Below, piece by piece: positions 18,619 to 28,338 of a DNA stretch of 64,000 nucleotides; within the stretch, counting starts at the first letter, position 1; each line of letters starts with the position of its first letter. Below the pieces are notes generated by a model. It searched no databases. It saw only the letters and a list, made by a program, of their open reading frames with translations, and was not told the DNA's origin. The stretch comes from a bacterium (GTDB lineage: Bacteria > J088 > JAWLBW01), in contig JAWLHK010000020.1 in the NCBI GenBank assembly GCA_041690355.1, positions 1-64,000 on the forward strand, given 5' to 3'. The position numbers and the translations under genes are program-made.

Positions 18619-19806
18619 ATGAACATGAACAAGGTTCGTTGGTTTGGGGCGTTGCTGCTCGTGCTCGCCCTGGTTCCCGCCTGCGGCAACAAGTCGGTGC
18701 GTCCGACGTCCTGGCAGGCTGAAGTCGTCGAAAGCCTCGACGGCAATCGGGTGCGCGTCAATGCCATCGGCGTGGGCGACGATACCGACGAGGCGAAGCT
18801 CGACGGCTTTCGCGCCGCCGTGAACCGCGTCGCCCAGGATCTCGTCCAGAGCCAGGAAGAGCGTTTCGGCTGGGAGGCAAGCTCCGACGAAGTGTTCGGC
18901 AAGGCCGGCCAGTACATCGAAAGCTACAAGATCAAGAGCCGCCGTAAGGAAGGGGACATCGACGTCAAGCTCACGCTCGACCTCGTCGTCAACCGCAAGC
19001 GGCTCAACGACGATCTGGTGGCCATGGGCGTGCTCAAGGCGCAGCGCGAGCTGCTCAGCGACCTGAAGAACCCGAGCATCGTCGTCATTGCCGAAGATGC
19101 GGTGAAGACCAAGGCCTGGCGCCGGCTGGCGACCGACCATGTGACCGGCTACCTGACGACCCGCAAGTTCGAAGTGCTCGACGAAGGGCAGGTCACGAAG
19201 CTGCAGGGCATGTCGGCCGATACCCGCGCGGCCGTGGGCACGGCCCCCGACGCCGTGGCGCAGATCGCGCTGCAGCTCGGCGGCGACATCTACATCGTTT
19301 ACGACGTGAAGGTCGATCGGGCCAAGGTGGGCCGCGACGGCACGGTGAAGGCCTCGGCCAGCGCACGTGCGTTCGAGACGACCACCGCCCGCAGCATCGG
19401 CAGCGCGACCGGCTTTTCGCGCGAGTACGCGGCGACGGCCGGCAGCGATGAGAAGGCCGTGGCCGAGGCCCTCAGCGACGCCATCGACCGCGTGCTCGTC
19501 AATGTCATGGATTACTGGAAGGACGACGCCATCAAGGGCTTCCAGTTCCTCATCGAAGTGCGCGGCGATTTCAAGGGCGACGGCGGCGAAAAGATCCGCC
19601 GCGACATCTACCGGATCGTGAAGGAGACGGCGCCCGAGTTCAAGGAGAACCTGGCGACCGATCGTTCGCTGAACTACCGCGTCTGGTACAAGGGCTCCAA
19701 TACCGACCTGCTCTTTGCGCTGCAGGACCGCTTCGAAAGCGCGACCGGCCGCAAACTGAAGTCGGTTTCGCAGAACCGCAAACTCATTCAGCTGGAAGTG
19801 CAATAA
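18619..19806 (+). CDS. Lipoprotein, CsgG/FlgT-like (DUF6175-like)
   Basis: Lipobox LVPAC; LPP20/FlgT-like N-terminus and CsgG-like alpha/beta middle, by recognition only. Confidence 0.6.
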   Translation: MNMNKVRWFGALLLVLALVPACGNKSVRPTSWQAEVVESLDGNRVRVNAIGVGDDTDEAKLDGFRAAVNRVAQDLVQSQEERFGWEASSDEVFGKAGQYIESYKIKSRRKEGDIDVKLTLDLVVNRKRLNDDLVAMGVLKAQRELLSDLKNPSIVVIAEDAVKTKAWRRLATDHVTGYLTTRKFEVLDEGQVTKLQGMSADTRAAVGTAPDAVAQIALQLGGDIYIVYDVKVDRAKVGRDGTVKASASARAFETTTARSIGSATGFSREYAATAGSDEKAVAEALSDAIDRVLVNVMDYWKDDAIKGFQFLIEVRGDFKGDGGEKIRRDIYRIVKETAPEFKENLATDRSLNYRVWYKGSNTDLLFALQDRFESATGRKLKSVSQNRKLIQLEVQ

Positions 19807-19807
19807 C

Positions 19808-20872
19808 GTGTCTGATTCGACCGAATCTCCGCGTCTGCGGACGACCTATCGCGACGCCGGCGTCGACATCGACGCCGGCGACCGCTTCGTGCAGGACATC
19901 AAACCGCTCGTCAAGGGGACGCATCGCCCCGAGGTCATGAGCGGACTCGGCGGGTTCGGCGCGCTGTTCAGGTTCAACGCCTCGAAGTACGAAAACCCGG
20001 TCCTGGTCTCGACCACCGACGGCGTGGGCACCAAGCTCAAGGTCGCCTTCGCCATGGACAAGCACGACACGATCGGCATCGATCTGGTCGCCATGAACGT
20101 GAACGACCTGATCGTGCAGGGGGCCGAGCCCCTCTTCTTTCTCGACTATCTGGCCTGCGGCAGCCTGAAGACGATTCAGCCCGTGAAGATCGTCGAGGGT
20201 ATCGTGGCCGGCTGCAAGGAGGCCAACTGCGCGCTCGTCGGCGGCGAGACGGCCGAAATGCCGGGCATGTACACCGATGGGGAATACGATCTGGCGGGGT
20301 TCGCGGTCGGCGCCGTCGATCGGGATCGCATCATCGATCACAGCCAGGTCAAGAAGGGGCACGTGCTCATCGGCGTGTCGTCGAGCGGCCTGCACAGCAA
20401 CGGCTACAGCCTCGCGCGCAAGGTTTTTCTCCAGGATCATGGCCTGCAGCTCGACAAGCGCGTCGACGAATTCGGCCGTACGCTGGGCGAGCAGCTGCTT
20501 GAGCCGACGCGCATCTACGTGCGCGCCCTGCAGTCGATCGTGAAGGATCTTCCGATTCACGCAGTCGCGCACATCACGGGCGGCGGCATCGAAAACATCC
20601 CCCGCGTCCTGCCGGCCGGAACCCGGGCGGTCATCCAGCACGGATCGTGGGAGTGGCCGCCGGTTTTTCAGCTTCTGCAGAAACTCGGCCGCATCGACCG
20701 CGCCGAAATGTACCGCACGTTCAACTGCGGCATCGGCCTCGTCATCATCGTTCCCGAGATCGACGTCGAGACGGTCGTCTCGCGCCTGCGCGGCGCGGGT
20801 GAGACCGCCTTCGTCATTGGCCGCGTCGAAGAACAGAAGGGAGACGCCGACCCGCGGGTCGCCGTCGTCTGA
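19808..20872 (+). CDS. purM: Phosphoribosylformylglycinamidine cyclo-ligase
   Basis: TYRDAGVDI, DGVGTK, GGETAEMPG, GLHSNGYS and HITGGG motifs. Confidence 0.97.
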   Translation: MSDSTESPRLRTTYRDAGVDIDAGDRFVQDIKPLVKGTHRPEVMSGLGGFGALFRFNASKYENPVLVSTTDGVGTKLKVAFAMDKHDTIGIDLVAMNVNDLIVQGAEPLFFLDYLACGSLKTIQPVKIVEGIVAGCKEANCALVGGETAEMPGMYTDGEYDLAGFAVGAVDRDRIIDHSQVKKGHVLIGVSSSGLHSNGYSLARKVFLQDHGLQLDKRVDEFGRTLGEQLLEPTRIYVRALQSIVKDLPIHAVAHITGGGIENIPRVLPAGTRAVIQHGSWEWPPVFQLLQKLGRIDRAEMYRTFNCGIGLVIIVPEIDVETVVSRLRGAGETAFVIGRVEEQKGDADPRVAVV

Positions 20873-20875
20873 GGA

Positions 20876-21520
20876 ATGTTCCGTCTGGCCGTACTCGGGA
20901 GCGGCACCGGAAGCAACTACCAGGCGATTCAGGATGCCGTCGGGCGCGGTGAGATTCCCGCCCAGGTTGTCGGCGTCTTCTGCAACGTCGCGGGGGCGGG
21001 CATCCTTGCGCGCGCCGAGGCGGCCGGCGTGCCGGCCCGCCTGATCCCCTCGCGCGGCATAGCGGCACCCGAGGCCCGGCAGCGCTACGACGCCGAGCTT
21101 GCCGAACGGATTGCGGACCTCGAAGTCGACCTGGTCGTGCTCGCCGGCTGGATGCGCCTGCTTTCGGCCGAGTTCGTGGCCCGTTTTTCGGGCCGGCTCG
21201 TCAACATCCACCCCTCGCTTCTGCCGGCGTTTCCGGGGCTGCGCGTCCACGAGTCGGTGCTCGCCTACGGCTGCAAGGTCTCGGGCTGTACCGTGCATTT
21301 CGTCAGCGAAGAGATGGACGCCGGGCCGATCATCGCCCAGGCCTGCGTGCCCGTATTCCATTCCGACACGCCCGAAAGCCTTGCGAACCGGGTGCACGGG
21401 GCAGAACACAAGCTCTATCCCTGGGTCGTGCGCCAGATTGCCCTCGGCGCCGTGCGCCTGCGCGGGCGCGTGGTCGAAGTCGACGCCGAGCTCCCCCCCT
21501 TCTGTGTGCCGGCGTCATGA
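20876..21520 (+). CDS. purN: Phosphoribosylglycinamide formyltransferase
   Basis: SGTGSN, LAGWMR, NIHPSLLP and GCTVHFV..MDAGPII motifs. Confidence 0.96.
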   Translation: MFRLAVLGSGTGSNYQAIQDAVGRGEIPAQVVGVFCNVAGAGILARAEAAGVPARLIPSRGIAAPEARQRYDAELAERIADLEVDLVVLAGWMRLLSAEFVARFSGRLVNIHPSLLPAFPGLRVHESVLAYGCKVSGCTVHFVSEEMDAGPIIAQACVPVFHSDTPESLANRVHGAEHKLYPWVVRQIALGAVRLRGRVVEVDAELPPFCVPAS

Positions 21521-22668
21521 AGAAACAGTACGACAGCGTCGTCATCGGCGGCGGCGTGGCGGGCTATCTTCTCGCGGCCCTGGCCTCGACGCAGGGGCAC
21601 GTTCTCTTCTTCGAGAGCGAGCAGGAGCCGACGGATCCCCCCTGGACGAGCCCGATTCTGCCCGACGCACCGGGGAGCGCCTGGCATCGCGTGCGCGAAG
21701 CCCTGTCGCCCGCGGGGCTCGCGCCCGGCCGGTTCCGCTTCCAGCGTCTGAACGGCCGTGAACGCGACGACGGCTTTGAAACGCCGCCGCCCGAGCCCTT
21801 TCCCTTCGCCGAGTGGCTCACGGCCGAGCTCGCCGTGCCGCGCTGGTTCGACGTCGTGCGCGGCTGGTTCGCTTCGCCGCCGCCGGGCCCGGCGCTCGCC
21901 CCCACGTGGATGCGGCTGACGACCGGCGTTGAACCGGCCCAGTCGGCCGTCCGGCGCTATCTGGCCGCCACCGCCGCAGACTGGTCGGCGCCGGCAGGCG
22001 AACTGGTCGATCTGCTGCGCGTCCTGCGTGAGCGGGCGGCGCGCGAAGGTACCGAATTTCTCCCCGCCGGCCGGCTCGATGCCGTAATTCCCGGCGAGGG
22101 GGTGCGCGTCGAGGGGCTCGGCGCCACGCTGCGCTCGGCGCGCATGGCCGTCTGCGTCGACGTGGGCGAGTGGAGCCGCATCCCGGGGCTCGGCGCGCTG
22201 CCGCGCAAGGTGCTGCGCCGCGTGCGCCAGAACGGCGTGCGCGTGCGCGCGACCTGGACCTGCGCCGCCGAGGAACTGCCCGTGGGCCTCGCCGGACGCG
22301 GATGGTGGGCCGACGAGCCGCAGGCCTGGTACGACGTGACCGAGGGGGGGGGGCGCGCGACGCTGCGCGCCTGGACGATGGCCCCGTCGGGTCCCGACGT
22401 CGACGCGCCGGCGGTGGCCGCCGCCATGCACGCGGTGGTGCGCCGGTACGCGCCGTTCTTCAGCCCGAAGGCCGAAGAGGCCCAGGTGCTGGCGACGCCG
22501 GTTTACGGGTCAATCCACCGGAAAGGGCTGGGCGTGCCCGCCGAGTTGGCGGCCGGGTACGGCTATGCCGGCCCGCAGAGCTATCCCGGCTGGGGGGCCG
22601 AGGGCGAGATGGTCGCCGCCCTGCGCGTGAACCGGCGCTGGTATCCACCCGAATCGCCCGCGGCCTGA
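21517..22668 (+). CDS. Divergent FAD/NAD-binding oxidoreductase-like protein
   Basis: YDSVVIGGGVAG Rossmann start and C-terminal AGPQSYPG.G.EG; ATGA coupling to purN. Confidence 0.6.
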   Translation: MKKQYDSVVIGGGVAGYLLAALASTQGHVLFFESEQEPTDPPWTSPILPDAPGSAWHRVREALSPAGLAPGRFRFQRLNGRERDDGFETPPPEPFPFAEWLTAELAVPRWFDVVRGWFASPPPGPALAPTWMRLTTGVEPAQSAVRRYLAATAADWSAPAGELVDLLRVLRERAAREGTEFLPAGRLDAVIPGEGVRVEGLGATLRSARMAVCVDVGEWSRIPGLGALPRKVLRRVRQNGVRVRATWTCAAEELPVGLAGRGWWADEPQAWYDVTEGGGRATLRAWTMAPSGPDVDAPAVAAAMHAVVRRYAPFFSPKAEEAQVLATPVYGSIHRKGLGVPAELAAGYGYAGPQSYPGWGAEGEMVAALRVNRRWYPPESPAA

Positions 22669-22786
22669 CGCGGCTCTGCACGCTGGAGCGTTCCGCTGCG
22701 CAGTGTCCCGGCGCGCTACAAAATCGACCACGGCGCGCTCCTGCTATGGCGGCCTGCGATGGTCTTGTGATAGTAATGTAAGCCGA

Positions 22787-23755
22787 TTGCAAGAGGAACG
22801 TAACCAGCGGCCGCCTCTGCGCGGCAAAGGGGTGCTCGTCATCGACGACACGGATTCGATCCGTCGCCACGTCGTCGACTTTCTGCGCGGGCGCAACGTC
22901 TTTGACGATTATTTCGAGGCGAACGACGGCATCGTCGGCATCCGGATGCTGCTCGAGCACCATTCGCGCATCGACATCGTCATCACCGACCTCGAAATGC
23001 CGCGCATCGACGGTTTTCGCTTTCTGCAGCTGAAAGCCGAAACCCATCCGGCCTTCACCGAAATTCCGGTCATCATGCTCACGTCGCGCGGCGAGGTCGA
23101 GCGGCGCATCACCGGCCTCGAGCTCGGGGCGAGTGACTATCTCGTCAAGCCGGTCGACGATGCCGAGCTGCTCGCGCGGGTGCGCGTCCAGCTGCGCATC
23201 AAGCAGCTGCAGGACGAGCTGCGCAGCCGGAACGAAGAGCTCGAGCGCATCAGCAACACCGACTCGCTCACCGGCCTCTTCAACCGGCGCCACTTCACGC
23301 ACATCTTCGAGACCGAGTTTCAGCGGTCTTCGCGCCACGCCGATGATCTGTCGTTCGTCATGATCGACATCGATCACTTCAAGGCCGTCAACGACACCCA
23401 CGGCCACCAGGTGGGCGACGAGGTGCTGCGCCACGTGGCTGCGGTGCTGCAGCGGGGGCTGCGCAGCGGCGACGTGCTGGCCCGCTACGGCGGCGAAGAG
23501 TTCGCGCTGCTGCTCCCCCAGACCTCGCCCGAGGGCGGTTTTGCGGCGGCCGAGCGTTACCGCAAGCTCGTGCAGGCGAGCCCCGCCCCCCACGTCGGCC
23601 AGCTCACCGTCAGCATGGGCATCAGCTCGAGCCAGCTGCCGGGCGTGACGAGCGTCGACGAACTGATGCGCACGGCCGACCAGGCGCTGTACAAGGCCAA
23701 GGGGCTCGGGCGCAACCGGTCGGTACTCTACGCCCGGGTCGAACAAGCCTCCTGA
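22787..23755 (+). CDS. Response regulator-diguanylate cyclase (REC-GGDEF)
   Basis: REC (IDD, TDLEMP, KP); TDSLTGLFNRR, DIDHFK, RSGD I-site, GGEEF; start uncertain. Confidence 0.93.
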   Translation: MQEERNQRPPLRGKGVLVIDDTDSIRRHVVDFLRGRNVFDDYFEANDGIVGIRMLLEHHSRIDIVITDLEMPRIDGFRFLQLKAETHPAFTEIPVIMLTSRGEVERRITGLELGASDYLVKPVDDAELLARVRVQLRIKQLQDELRSRNEELERISNTDSLTGLFNRRHFTHIFETEFQRSSRHADDLSFVMIDIDHFKAVNDTHGHQVGDEVLRHVAAVLQRGLRSGDVLARYGGEEFALLLPQTSPEGGFAAAERYRKLVQASPAPHVGQLTVSMGISSSQLPGVTSVDELMRTADQALYKAKGLGRNRSVLYARVEQAS

Positions 23756-23868
23756 AACCGGCCGTCCGCACGGCGGCCCCCTTTCGTTTTGCGCGCCTGC
23801 CCTCGGTTCGCTGCCGGGGGCGTTTCACCGTGCGTGTTTGCCGGCAATCCGATACAATATCAGGCTTT

Positions 23869-23953
23869 GCGAGAGTGGCGGAACTGGCAGACGCACTGGA
23901 TTTAGGTTCCAGCGGGGCGACCCGTGGGGGTTCAAGTCCCCCCTCTCGCACCA
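23869..23953 (+). tRNA. tRNA-Leu(TAG)
   Basis: GCGAGAG acceptor, CTGGA-TTTAGGT-TCCAG anticodon arm, long variable arm, GTTCAA, CCA end. Confidence 0.96.
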
Positions 23954-24113
23954 GGGTTGTGATCGGTCGATTTTGACTGCAGGAAGGCACGAGGACGCGC
24001 CCGACGCCACGCGCGCGGTTCGACCGGCTTCCGGCAGAGCGTTTCGTGGCGCCCCCGCCTCCCGAGTGAGGGGGCGTATGCTATAATCCTCAACAGTTTT
24101 CCCCGAGTTAGCC

Positions 24114-25421
24114 GTGTCAGAACTGAATGTATCCGTTGAAGATCTGAGCCCCGTCCAGAAGCGCATCCAGGTAACGGTGCCCGCGCCCCTGGTCGATAAG
24201 GCCTTTGAAACCGTGGTGAGCAAGCTGCAGCGAAACGCCCGCATCAAGGGCTTTCGACCCGGCAAGGTGCCCCGCAACGTCGTCGAGAAGATGTACGGCC
24301 ATGACATTCAGCACGAAGTCGCGAATCAGGTCGTGAACGACACCTACTTCGACGTCCTGCGCCAGCACGACATCCGGGCGGTCGACAACCCGCGTGTCGA
24401 GAACGATCACGCCCACCGGGGGAGCGAATTCAAGTACACCGCGACGGTCGAGGTGCTGGCGCCCGTGGAGCTGAAGACCTACAAGGGGCTCAAGCTGCAG
24501 AAGCCCAAGGCCGAGGCGACCGATGCGCAGGTGCAGCAGACGATCGACCAGCTGCTGGATTCCCGGGCGAAGCTCGAAGAGGTGACCGAGCCGCGCGAGA
24601 TCCAGGAAGGCGATTACGCGGTCATCGATCTGAAGACGACCGAAGACGGCAAGCCGATCGCCAAGCTGTCGGCCGACGGGTTCACGATTCCCGTCGGTTC
24701 GAAGATGGTCTTTCCCGAGCTCGATACGGCCCTCATCGGCCGCAAGCCCGGCGAAGAGGGGAGCGTCGACGTCCTGATGCCCGACGACGCGGCCGACAAG
24801 AGCCTGGCCGGCAAGAAGCTGGTGCTTTCGTTCGCCGTGAAGTCACTGAAGGCGCGCGTGCGCCCCGAGCTCACCGATGAATACGCGAAGGAGCTCGGCG
24901 ACTTCCAGACCGTCGACGACCTGCGCAAGCGGGTGCGCGAAGATCTGGAGCGCCACCTGGCGGATTATTCGGAACGGGCCGTGCGCGAAGACGCGCTGAC
25001 GAAGCTGATCGAGGCGAACCCGATCGAGGTCTCGCAGGGGCTCGTCAACCGCGAGACGCAGGAGCTCATGCAGCGCGCCGCCCACGATTACGAGCAGCGC
25101 GGCATCGATGCCTCGCGCCTCGACCAGAACCGCATGTGGGATGAACTGCGCCCGACCGCCGAGCGCCGGATTCGCACCGAGCTGCTGCTCGACGCGATCG
25201 CCGACAAGGAGAACCTCCAGGTCGACGACGCCGTCATCGAGCGCTACTACGAGCGCGAAGCGGCCCGCTCGGGCGCGACGCTGGAGACGGTGCGCCAGGC
25301 CCACCAGCACCTGAAAGAGCAGCTCGGCGACCGGCTGCGGCTCGACGAGGCTTTGCAGCTCGTCATCCGCGAGGCCAAGGTCGAAGAAGTCGAGACGCCG
25401 AGCGACGCCCTCGAGGGGTAA
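24114..25421 (+). CDS. tig: Trigger factor
   Basis: GFRPGKVP motif; tRNA-Leu-tig-clpP-clpX context. Confidence 0.95.
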   Translation: MSELNVSVEDLSPVQKRIQVTVPAPLVDKAFETVVSKLQRNARIKGFRPGKVPRNVVEKMYGHDIQHEVANQVVNDTYFDVLRQHDIRAVDNPRVENDHAHRGSEFKYTATVEVLAPVELKTYKGLKLQKPKAEATDAQVQQTIDQLLDSRAKLEEVTEPREIQEGDYAVIDLKTTEDGKPIAKLSADGFTIPVGSKMVFPELDTALIGRKPGEEGSVDVLMPDDAADKSLAGKKLVLSFAVKSLKARVRPELTDEYAKELGDFQTVDDLRKRVREDLERHLADYSERAVREDALTKLIEANPIEVSQGLVNRETQELMQRAAHDYEQRGIDASRLDQNRMWDELRPTAERRIRTELLLDAIADKENLQVDDAVIERYYEREAARSGATLETVRQAHQHLKEQLGDRLRLDEALQLVIREAKVEEVETPSDALEG

Positions 25422-25536
25422 GGCCTGTGTGCGTCGGCGGCCGGAGAGGGGCACTCCGGAGGGCCCCTCGATCGCCGGTTGCCCAGGACCGGGATGTTCG
25501 TGTTCGACCTGAATGTTCGTAATGAGGAGTAGCGGC

Positions 25537-26172
25537 ATGTACAACCAACTCGTCCCCATGGTCATCGAGCAGACGCACCGCGGCGAACGCGCCTACGATA
25601 TCTTTTCGCGCCTGCTGAAAGAGCGGATCATTTTCATCGGCACGCAGGTCGAAGACACGATGGCCAATCTGATCATCGCGCAGCTTCTCTTTCTCGAAGC
25701 CGAAGATCCCGACAAGGAGATCCACATCTATCTGAACAGCCCGGGCGGCGTCATCACGGCCGGCATGGCGATCTACGACACCATGCAGTACGTGAAGTGC
25801 CCTATCTCGACGCTCTGCATGGGGCAGGCGGCGAGCATGGGGGCGGTGCTGCTGGCCGCGGGCTCGAAGGGCAAGCGCTATGCGCTCCCCAACAGCCGCA
25901 TCATGATTCACCAGCCGCTGGGGGGCTATCAGGGGCAGGCGACCGATATCGAGATCCACGCGAAAGAGGTCCTGCGCATGCGCCAGGATCTCAACCGCAT
26001 CCTCGGTTTCCACACCGGTCAGAAGGCCGACAAGATCGAACGCGATACCGAGCGCGACTACTTCATGACCGCCGAAGAGGCGAAGGCGTACGGATTGATC
26101 GACGAGGTCGTCACCCGCGGTAAAGTGCCTCCGGAGCTGGGGGGCGGCAAGGAAAAGGGCGGTAAAAGCTAA
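25537..26172 (+). CDS. clpP: ATP-dependent Clp protease proteolytic subunit
   Basis: [25 protein letters not shown] and IMIHQP motifs. Confidence 0.97.
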   Translation: MYNQLVPMVIEQTHRGERAYDIFSRLLKERIIFIGTQVEDTMANLIIAQLLFLEAEDPDKEIHIYLNSPGGVITAGMAIYDTMQYVKCPISTLCMGQAASMGAVLLAAGSKGKRYALPNSRIMIHQPLGGYQGQATDIEIHAKEVLRMRQDLNRILGFHTGQKADKIERDTERDYFMTAEEAKAYGLIDEVVTRGKVPPELGGGKEKGGKS

Positions 26173-26276
26173 CGCGCTGCGGCGTGGAACTTGGCCCCCG
26201 GGCCCGATATAATGTCTACGGACAACGATACAAGGCTCCTTCGGGGGCCTTTGTTTCGCCTGCTACGGAGACTGGT

Positions 26277-27530
<1,254 letters not shown>

Positions 27531-27614
27531 CCGCCCGCCGCAATGCCGGCCGGAACTTTCGGTTGTCGCGCTGCGTCGTTCTTGGTACACTGATCTCTTT
27601 CGTACGGAGCCCCC

Positions 27615-27800
27615 ATGGGTATCGGAACTACTGAACTTCTCATCATCCTGGCCATCGTGCTGCTGATCTTCGGCGCCGGCAAGCTGCCGCAGCTCGGCGC
27701 GGGCCTCGGCAAGGGGATTCAGAATTTCAAGAAGGCCGCGCGCGGAGACGACGGCGAAGCGGCCGCCAAGACCGAAGCCGCCGAAGACAAAAAGGCCTGA
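27615..27800 (+). CDS. tatA: Twin-arginine translocase TatA/E
   Basis: [29 protein letters not shown] pattern. Confidence 0.93.
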   Translation: MGIGTTELLIILAIVLLIFGAGKLPQLGAGLGKGIQNFKKAARGDDGEAAAKTEAAEDKKA

Positions 27801-27856
27801 ACCCAGGCCGGCCCGGGCGTCTCCACTCCGTTCCACATAGCCGGAATTTCGAAACC

Positions 27857-27931
27857 GGCGGCATAGCTCAGGGGTAGAGCAGGCGTCTCATAAGCGCCTT
27901 GTCGGTGGTTCAATTCCACCTGCCGCCACCA
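27857..27931 (+). tRNA. tRNA with CAT anticodon (elongator Met or Ile2)
   Basis: GGCGGCA acceptor (paired 1-72, so not initiator), GGCGT-CTCATAA-GCGCC anticodon arm, CCA end. Confidence 0.93.
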
Positions 27932-27936
27932 AATGG

Positions 27937-27970
27937 ACGGGTGTCCCTCATCGGGGGCACCCGTTTTTCT
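27937..27970 (+). terminator. Rho-independent terminator after tRNA(CAT)
   Basis: acgggtgtccc...ggggcacccgt hairpin followed by a T run. Confidence 0.8.
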
Positions 27971-28314
27971 TTACGCGCCGGGAGAAATCTGAAACCCGCG
28001 CTTGCACCTGCGTATCCGCTCCGAGTCCCGGGCGCAGGCTGACGGTAAGTCAGTGCTTGATTCCGGATGGATGGCTCAAGGTAGCCTGGGACGGAAGTCC
28101 CGGGAAATGGGTCGGGTCGGTGAATTTAGCGGGCCCGGAAGCGCCGGAAGCGGCGCGGGCGAGCCGTCTTCAGGGTACTCTCTGTGCAAGAAGCTTCGCC
28201 CGCGGGATGCGGAGCCACGTTCATGCGAAGGATGTGGGGGATCATCGGCCCCGAGGGGGAGGGCTCCTGGGAGCCCGACGGTTCCGCTCTTGTCGGGTCG
28301 TTCTTGTTTCCCGG

Positions 28315-28335
28315 CGTCCGACGTCCGGCGTCCGA
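28315..28335. repeat. Heptamer array (CGTCCGR)x3
   Basis: cgtccga cgtccgg cgtccga, 3 bp from the stop of the minus-strand gene. Confidence 0.65.
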
Positions 28336-28338
28336 AGA

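Noticed and set aside
14658-18917. 1419-aa minus-strand ORF and other long antisense ORFs (e.g. 33695..37168, 40134..43532, 43105..46428)
   Set aside because: Shadow frames of well-supported plus-strand genes in high-GC DNA.
27932-28338. Island integrated at tRNA(CAT) or an ncRNA in the downstream spacer
   Set aside because: No integrase, no duplicated tRNA 3' end and no recognisable RNA family.
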